Of a stretch of DNA of 16,312 nucleotides, positions 10,059 through 16,312 are shown piece after piece (the first letter of the stretch is position 1; each line of letters opens with the position of its first letter). Source of the DNA: Paraspadella gotoi (taxonomy: Eukaryota > Animalia > Chaetognatha). The stretch spans positions 1-16,312 of the forward strand of contig JBJCIZ010000795.1 in the NCBI GenBank assembly GCA_051294375.1, in the 5' to 3' direction. The position numbers and the translations under genes were made by a program. The notes under the pieces were generated by a model. The model searched no databases. It was not told the DNA's origin and worked only from the letters and a program-made list of their open reading frames with translations.

Positions 10059-10098
10059 GGAACGCTGCGCTGATACGAGGCTTCTGAGTATAGCATGC

Positions 10099-10222
10099 CT
10101 CTCTCTCTCTCTAATCTCCTCTCTCTCTCTCTCGCGTGTCTCTCTCTCTCTCTCTCACTCTCTCATCTTCTCTGCTTTCCTCTCTCTCTCTCCTCTCTCT
10201 CCTCATCTCTCTCTCATCTCTC
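10099..10222 (+). repeat. Imperfect (CT)n microsatellite
   Basis: Interrupted CT run. Confidence 0.92.
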
Positions 10223-10329
10223 AGCACACAACCGTTGTCCGTTGAATTAATATCCTCTCCCTCTGCAGTGTTCCAACAGAAATCCAGTTGAATCTCAATT
10301 ATCCTTTTTGCTTTATCCCCTCCAACTTG

Positions 10330-10412
10330 TCTCTCTCTCTCTCTCCTATTTCTCCTCACTCTCATCTCTCTCCTCTCTCACTCGTCTCTCTCTCTCTCTC
10401 CCTCTCTGTCTC
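10330..10412 (+). repeat. Imperfect (CT)n microsatellite
   Basis: Interrupted CT run. Confidence 0.9.
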
Positions 10413-10699
10413 ACGAGCTCCCTCTGTCTGCTCTTATTTTATTTCGTTTTCTCTCTATTCATATTTCTGTGATGAACTATTTATTTTTTTTAATGAACAA
10501 TCTAGAAAACGGCTAAAATTTCTATATTGGCAATATAATGCGTATGAGCTGGGATTTCCTTATTTTTTAACAAATTTCCTTTTAGTTTTACTTCTCTCAT
10601 TTGACTCACTCTCTATTCTCCCCTCATTTTCAGCTCGATTAAATAGCTTTCCACGATCCACACCAAACCTTCGTGACTGGCCAGTCCTCCACATTTTAT

Positions 10700-11130
10700 A
10701 TTCTTCCCTCTGTATTTGTTAAAGCTTTCCCTCGTTCTCACTCTTTTGCTCCGCTTTCCTCTCTTCTTCATCCTTTACTGCCATAATATTTATTTAACGA
10801 GCCTTCCTTCGTCAATCCGCCTGCTTCTACCCGTTTCCTCCCATCCTACACTAGATAATTTTTCCTGTTTCACCTTCCAACTCTTTTTTCCTTCGCAATC
10901 CTACTTTTTTTATAATCCCATCCTTCCGTCCCTATTCCATCTTTCTCATTGTCCCCTTCTTCTCTCTCTTCCTTTACTTCTTCTTCTCCCTAACCTCGCC
11001 TCTTTCCCACTTTTCTTTCTATTTCTCTTCAACTCTTCCTCCCTTTTTCCATACCTCCCTCCAATCGCACTCTCACCATTTCCACTTCCCTTCCTCCTTT
11101 CCCTTCTCCCCCTCGCTCCTCCTCCACCAT
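10700..11130 (+). other. Low-complexity pyrimidine-rich tract
   Basis: Strong C/T bias with very few G, most extreme at ~10950-11125. Confidence 0.75.
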
Positions 11131-11370
11131 CACGAGCAAGGAAAACAAATTTTCCTTGGTTATTCGACGCGGACTACATTATCAGTCGTTAGAACGTCGA
11201 CGGCTTAAGGATCCAGAAGGATAAACAAAACGCGCGACGACGAGGACGAAACGATCGACGAAAAGACACGAAGACGAACGATGAGAACGAACGACGAGGA
11301 CGGCGACGAAGACCAGGGGAAAAAAACTCAAAGTTTGCCGCAAACATTTGCGGAAGAGGCGGGAAGAAGT

Positions 11371-11375
11371 GAGAG

Positions 11376-11410
<35 letters not shown>

Positions 11411-11458
11411 GAGGAGGAGAGAGAGAGAGAGGAGAGAGAGAGAAAAGAGAGAGAGAGA
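11371..11458 (+). repeat. (GA)n microsatellite, imperfect
   Basis: All-purine GA run with GGA and AAA slips. Confidence 0.95.
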
Positions 11459-11589
11459 ATGAATATTTTGAGAACTACTCAGATGATCCATGCCAGTGAC
11501 AGTAATTGAAACAAGGACCCACAGCTTCGCCCGGGATGAAAGGGATGCCAATGACAAAGTGATGTCCTTAGGCACCGATGAAATATGCT

Positions 11590-11592
<3 letters not shown>

Positions 11593-11668
<76 letters not shown>

Positions 11669-11698
11669 AAGAGAGAGAGAGAGAGAGGAGAGAGAGAG
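11593..11698 (+). repeat. (AG)n microsatellite with a perfect (AG)34 core
   Basis: Uninterrupted AG at 11593-11660, then imperfect. Confidence 0.97.
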
Positions 11699-11774
11699 AA
11701 AAGGCCCCGAGATGGAATGACGTAAGATATGGGCGGATGGCGACCCTCGTTTAACCGAAGGAATTCGGCGCCCA

Positions 11775-12060
11775 TCCTTCTTGTCATTTATCTCTATTTT
11801 TTCTCTTTTTTTCTTTTTTTCCGTTCACTTTTTTTTTTCTTTTGCCCTTTATTTCACCTTTTCTCTTTGTTTTTTGTCTTCTCTCTTTTATTGTCACTTC
11901 TCTATTTTTCTCTCTTTCTTTTCTTTTCTGTTATCACTTATTTTTTTTTTTCCTTTTTCCCTTTTTTCCCTTTTCCCTTTTGTTTTTGTCTTCTCTCTTT
12001 TATATCTTTATAAACGTTATATTTTTTTGGTTTCATTTTCCGTTCCTCAACTTTCTATTG
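11775..12060 (+). other. T-rich low-complexity tract
   Basis: Dominated by T runs with C; includes CCTTTTTC-like iterations at ~11950-11980. Confidence 0.8.
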
Positions 12061-13529
12061 CTTTGAAGCCATAAAAGTCAGTTAAAAACGTCTTGGCCCC
12101 ATCGACCTTGCAGACCCTGACACAAAATTGACCATTGACACTTCCGCCCAACGACCCGTGAAACTTCACCACCATACAGCTCGTCCGAGCACCAAAAGAC
12201 TCATTAGACTGGCCGACGTTGCGCTCTCTGCCCCAGCCTTTGTCCCACCGAGAGTAACACATGTTTTAAGATTCACCTACCTATTTAATATTTCACATAT
12301 TCTTTAAATCCAAACATAATTTTCGTGTTATAAAAACTTTCTCTAACCTCAACTCCTAAAAAGCAAACAACAACAACCAACGCCGGTAACGTCGAAAACG
12401 ACCGACGACAACTAACAACGAACGACGACAACGACGAACGCGACAGCGAGAACTGAATGATATTTTTTTTGCTTGGCTTAACGAGGCATCATTAACGAAG
12501 TGCGGAGCCGAGATTCCGCTTCTGAGTCGAAGTCGGCCACCCAGGGGGCGGTTGTGTTTTCGGAGGGGGGAGTTGTTAGGGGGATGAGAGGGCGGTGAAG
12601 AGGTGGGGTAAGTTCGGTGGTAAGGTTTTCGGGGCAGGAGTAAAATAACGTGTCAGGGTTAGGGTAAGAACGTTAAACATTCCAAATTCCTATCATTTTC
12701 TTTCGTAAAAAAGGTATTAATGTTTTTTTACTTTTTCATAAATAGTAAAGCATCTTACTATTATCGGTCGTACAAATCTCCCCTAATCTCCCTCTTCAAC
12801 GAGGGCCTTTGAGTATCTAAGTGGCTTCTGATTACAGGGTGTGGGACACAAAGCGTGGGCGGCGATGGCATCATAACAAAACGTCGTTTCCAAACCGACT
12901 TGAGTTTTCTAAACACCGCCAAAAGAAAAATGCAACTTTTTTTTGCACATGGGAAAGAATAATATGCAACGCAGTTAATTCAACGGGAATGAAGTTTAAC
13001 ATTATTAAAACTTATTGTAAAATTTACGTTTATATTTTTTTAAAGTATTACCGTTTCTTTCTTTTCTTGCTCATTCCAGGACGATTTACCAGTTTGCGCA
13101 GGTCTAAGGTTTATAGGGTGTGCACTTTGAATCCCTGGTGTAAAAGGAGATAAGAGGGTGAGGCGGTGGAATGAGTGGATGATGATGCAGCCTCAACCGC
13201 AGAATCCGCCCACCAACATGTTTATAATTGTAATTGGTTTGAACTTTTAGTCTGAAGAGCTCGAAAACATGTCCGTTATTTGGAAAAAAAAAATCTTTTT
13301 GTTTGTAAAACAAATGATTTTCATTTTCTCCTCAAGTAATAAATCGAAATGCATGTGACTGATTGTCACAGTAATTTTTTGTCTAACTTTCGCGTCGAAG
13401 ATGATATATTTAGGTCTGCCCTAAAGGCATAGGGTCAGCCCTTGGGGATCGATGGTGCATCAAGCTCCATTTGCTGGAGAAGAAACGAAAAGTGACTTGG
13501 TCGGCAAGTGGGATATTTTTTTTTTTCAC

Positions 13530-13820
13530 CGTGCGAATTCCCTCGCGATCGAGCCAGTCACCTCCCGCAAGCTCTCGTCCGTTAGCTCGTCCCTGGGGCG
13601 CCCGCGACGGTCCCGCGGTCCCCGGACACGCTTGCGGTCGGCGAGTGCGTTTCGCTTCGCCGCCGACACTCGACGCCCGCGTTCGCGTTTCGCGTCCCGG
13701 GCGTGCTCTTTGCACGCACGTGCACAACGAGGAGAGCGCGTGCGAAAAAACACGCAAAATACGCGGCGTCGAAAACGAAAAAAAAAGTTACGGACGTCTG
13801 GCTTTTCGATGACGCGAGCT
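13530..13820. other. CpG/CGCG-dense GC-rich block
   Basis: Many CGCG and CG motifs (e.g. cccgcgacggtcccgcgg, cgcgttcgcgtttcgcgtcccggg) against AT-rich neighbours. Confidence 0.6.
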
Positions 13821-13825
13821 CCCTT

Positions 13826-13847
13826 AGAGAGAAGAGAGAGAGAGAGA

Positions 13848-13911
<64 letters not shown>
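13826..13911 (+). repeat. (AG)n microsatellite
   Basis: Nearly perfect AG run. Confidence 0.96.
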
Positions 13912-14506
13912 CACTGTATCATAAAATTATAAACTCCTCATTCGTATTCATTCCAAAATTCGCGGGAGGGCGAGGGAACGTTTATAAAGCGGAACTTTCA
14001 TCGATGCTATCTCCCTTCCAAAATCTGCTATTTGCTTTCTATATGTTCTCTATCTGCTTTCCTTTCTGCTCTATATCTGCTTCCTCTCGACCTTCTATAT
14101 CTATCTCCTAATCGTTGCTCTTTGTCTCTCTGTTTTGTTTTTCTCACTCAAGTTGAAGTTATAAAAAAAAGTTTATATTGAGCAAGGAGGCAAGTATATG
14201 TTCTTCATTTGTTTTCCATCATTCGTATGTAAAAAGCCTTTTTAGTATTTAGTTTTAATTTTTATAATCATCAAACTTCTTCACAATGCCGAATGGCACT
14301 GGTAATACGTGAGCGGACATGAAAGACACAAATTCTCTTTGTTTCAAGAACAAAGAGAGTTGTCGTTGTCGTCATCAATGTCGTCGTCACCGTCGCACTA
14401 ATTCTTTCTAAAGAAAATATCATACATAATATGCATTCGTTTTTTTTTTTTTTTGTGTTTTGCATGTAATGTTTAGTCCATAAACCTCGCATAATTCTTT
14501 CAAATG

Positions 14507-14515
14507 GAGAGAAGG

Positions 14516-14603
<88 letters not shown>
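14507..14603 (+). repeat. (GA)n microsatellite, imperfect
   Basis: GA run with a few slips and one C. Confidence 0.95.
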
Positions 14604-14664
14604 ACGGAGGAGGAAGAATGGTTTTGTTCAGTTTCCAACGATTCCAAGAAAAAGAAAAGAAAAC

Positions 14665-15030
14665 ATGAGGAGGAAGAGGAGGAGGAGGAGGAAGGAGCGA
14701 TGGGTGAGGACAGAAGGTAAGGTAAAAGCGGAGGATGAGTTAAATGAGACGAACTATTGGGATTCAGCGGAGGGAGAAAAGTTAGACGCGGAGTTGGGAC
14801 CAGAGGCTGGATTTAAGGAAGGGAAGGGGGAGGAGGGCGGGGAAAGAGGGGAAGAGAGAGGATTAAAAAGGGGAAAGGAGGGGAAATGAGGAGAAGAGGG
14901 TAATAAAAAGAAAAGGAGGGAATAAGAGAGGGTTAAGGTAGGGGTGGAGAGTAGAAAGAGGGGAGCAGATGGGGTGAGAAGGGTGAGAGAAGGGAATCTA
15001 AAGGAAAGGGTAAAGATTGGGTGAGTTTAA
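14665..15030 (+). other. Purine-rich low-complexity tract with (GAG)n and a G-quadruplex pattern
   Basis: GAG iterations at 14667-14690; G-runs at 14821-23, 14826-30, 14835-37, 14839-42 and 14848-51. Confidence 0.65.
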
Positions 15031-15854
15031 TGAAGAAAGAAAAAATTATCAAAGAATTAAATGAAAACTATCCAAAATAGTTTGGTAAGTTAAGCAAGCG
15101 ACACGTGATGTACACATTAGAAACACGACGAAAAAGTAATAAAATTTGAGTTTTTCTTTTTATGTTGTTCATTCTTTTTTCTCTAATTCGCGCTTTTACC
15201 GCAGCGGCTTTATCCCCGAACCTTTTACTTATCTTTTCTTCTTTTTTTTTCTTATTTGGTCCTGTTCTTTGTCTCCTTTTTTTATCTCGGACAGCCGCAT
15301 TTTAAAACATCAAAACCTTTTCTCTTTCTTTTCTTTGATTTCTGTCTTCGAAGCGGCTTTCGTGTCCCTTTCCTTTTTTAAACCGTCCCTTTGCTCTCTT
15401 TCTGCGGTCCTTTCACTTTCCTTTTTCTAATTCACGCCATCCGTATTTCCTTGCTTATTCTTTGGCCGTCCTTCATTTTGGGTCCGTTTGGTCTCTCGCC
15501 TCCTTCCTTTTACCTTTTCTTCTTTCCTTTCCTCCTTTCCTCCTTCTCTTCTTCCTCCCTCTTTCCTAAAAATTCCATGAATCATCTCGAACTTCATCAC
15601 ATTCCGCATCTCAGACGCATTTAAGGTTGTCTTCGAGACCGCAGCGCAGGCCGAGAGAAAGCAGGCGGCGGCGACAGCAGCATTCATCGCATCCCTTCCG
15701 AGACAACGCCGCTTGAGCGATATATAGGGCCGCTGTGGTAAGAGGTGGCGGTGGGCGGCGTTGGCGGCGGCGGCGCGTCGGGCGGCGGCTTCTTCTGGTG
15801 GTTAAATAATTAAATCGAATCTTTTGGGAATTAGTTTGATTTCTCTCCCGGAGC

Positions 15855-15869
15855 CTCTCTCTTCTCCTC

Positions 15870-15900
<31 letters not shown>

Positions 15901-15939
15901 CTCTCTCTCTTCTCTCTCTCTCCTCTCTCTCCTCTCTCT
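15855..15939 (+). repeat. (CT)n microsatellite, imperfect
   Basis: CT run with slips. Confidence 0.95.
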
Positions 15940-16081
15940 ATGGGGCTTGAGATTCTATGGTTTCGCGCGCCATCGTGAATATTTCTTTTTTTTTTTCTTT
16001 TTCGGTTTCGTTTAAGAATTTTTTCTTCTCCGTTGTTAAACGTAATATGTTTTTTTCCTTTTCCGGTGAAATATTACGAGT

Positions 16082-16094
16082 GAAGAAGAGAGGA

Positions 16095-16153
<59 letters not shown>

Positions 16154-16193
16154 AGAGAGAGGAGAGAGGAGAGACGAAGAGAGAGAGAGGAGA
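16082..16193 (+). repeat. (GA)n microsatellite, imperfect
   Basis: GA run with slips. Confidence 0.95.
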
Positions 16194-16312
16194 AATGCAT
16201 CCGTGATAAAACTCAGAATGCATGCTGATGGACACATCTAGAATCGATAGCTATAAAAAAAAAAATTATAAAAAAACAGTCAATGAAAAAAAAGAGAAGC
16301 TTAATTTTTTTA

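Noticed and set aside
8911-11787. ORFs with poly-(RE), poly-(LS) or L/F/P-rich sequence (up to 176 aa)
   Set aside because: They are open only because (GA)n/(CT)n and pyrimidine tracts lack stop codons; no recognisable domain.
13530-13820. rDNA ITS or expansion-segment-like GC-rich sequence
   Set aside because: Resemblance is compositional only; I found no conserved 18S, 5.8S or 28S motif nearby.
8180-13911. One large palindrome implied by the CT-to-GA polarity switch near 10.4-11.3 kb
   Set aside because: Spacers between mirrored tracts (10223-10329 or 9207-9387 vs 11459-11592) do not align as reverse complements, and candidate symmetry axes disagree by hundreds of bp.
13410-14111. 219 aa ORF (13452-14111) and overlapping ORFs
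   Set aside because: All overlap a GC-rich stop-poor block plus an AG microsatellite. Several frames on both strands are open together and none has a recognisable motif.
14665-14889. 74 aa E/G/K/R-rich ORF as a possible exon
   Set aside because: Lies within a purine-rich low-complexity tract, with no domain or other support.
14665-15570. Purine-rich block and pyrimidine-rich block as an inverted repeat
   Set aside because: Complementarity is compositional only; no collinear alignment was visible.

Overview
Non-coding, eukaryote-like repetitive DNA. I found no credible protein-coding gene, RNA gene, CRISPR array or recognisable transposon; the listed ORFs are by-products of repeats and low-complexity sequence. 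There are three zones. (1) 1-1020 is a short flank with (CCATTG)6, a perfect (GTC)20 and a G-rich patch. (2) ~1025-8179 is an AT-rich head-to-tail satellite with three nested levels: ~42-49 bp subrepeats, a ~500 bp monomer (13 copies plus a partial one), and an apparent 10-monomer higher-order period of ~5.6 kb. That period is marked by a recurring internally deleted monomer and by shared diagnostic variants. (3) 8180-16312 is a mosaic of compositionally unrelated blocks punctuated by eleven ~83-141 bp (CT)n/(GA)n tracts. It also holds a strong GC hairpin, degenerate inverted repeats and short echoes of satellite motifs. Satellite copies differ mainly by insertions, and the array ends abruptly at ATCTCTCTC. 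Part of the window may therefore be unpolished long-read sequence or chimeric. All alignments were done by eye.
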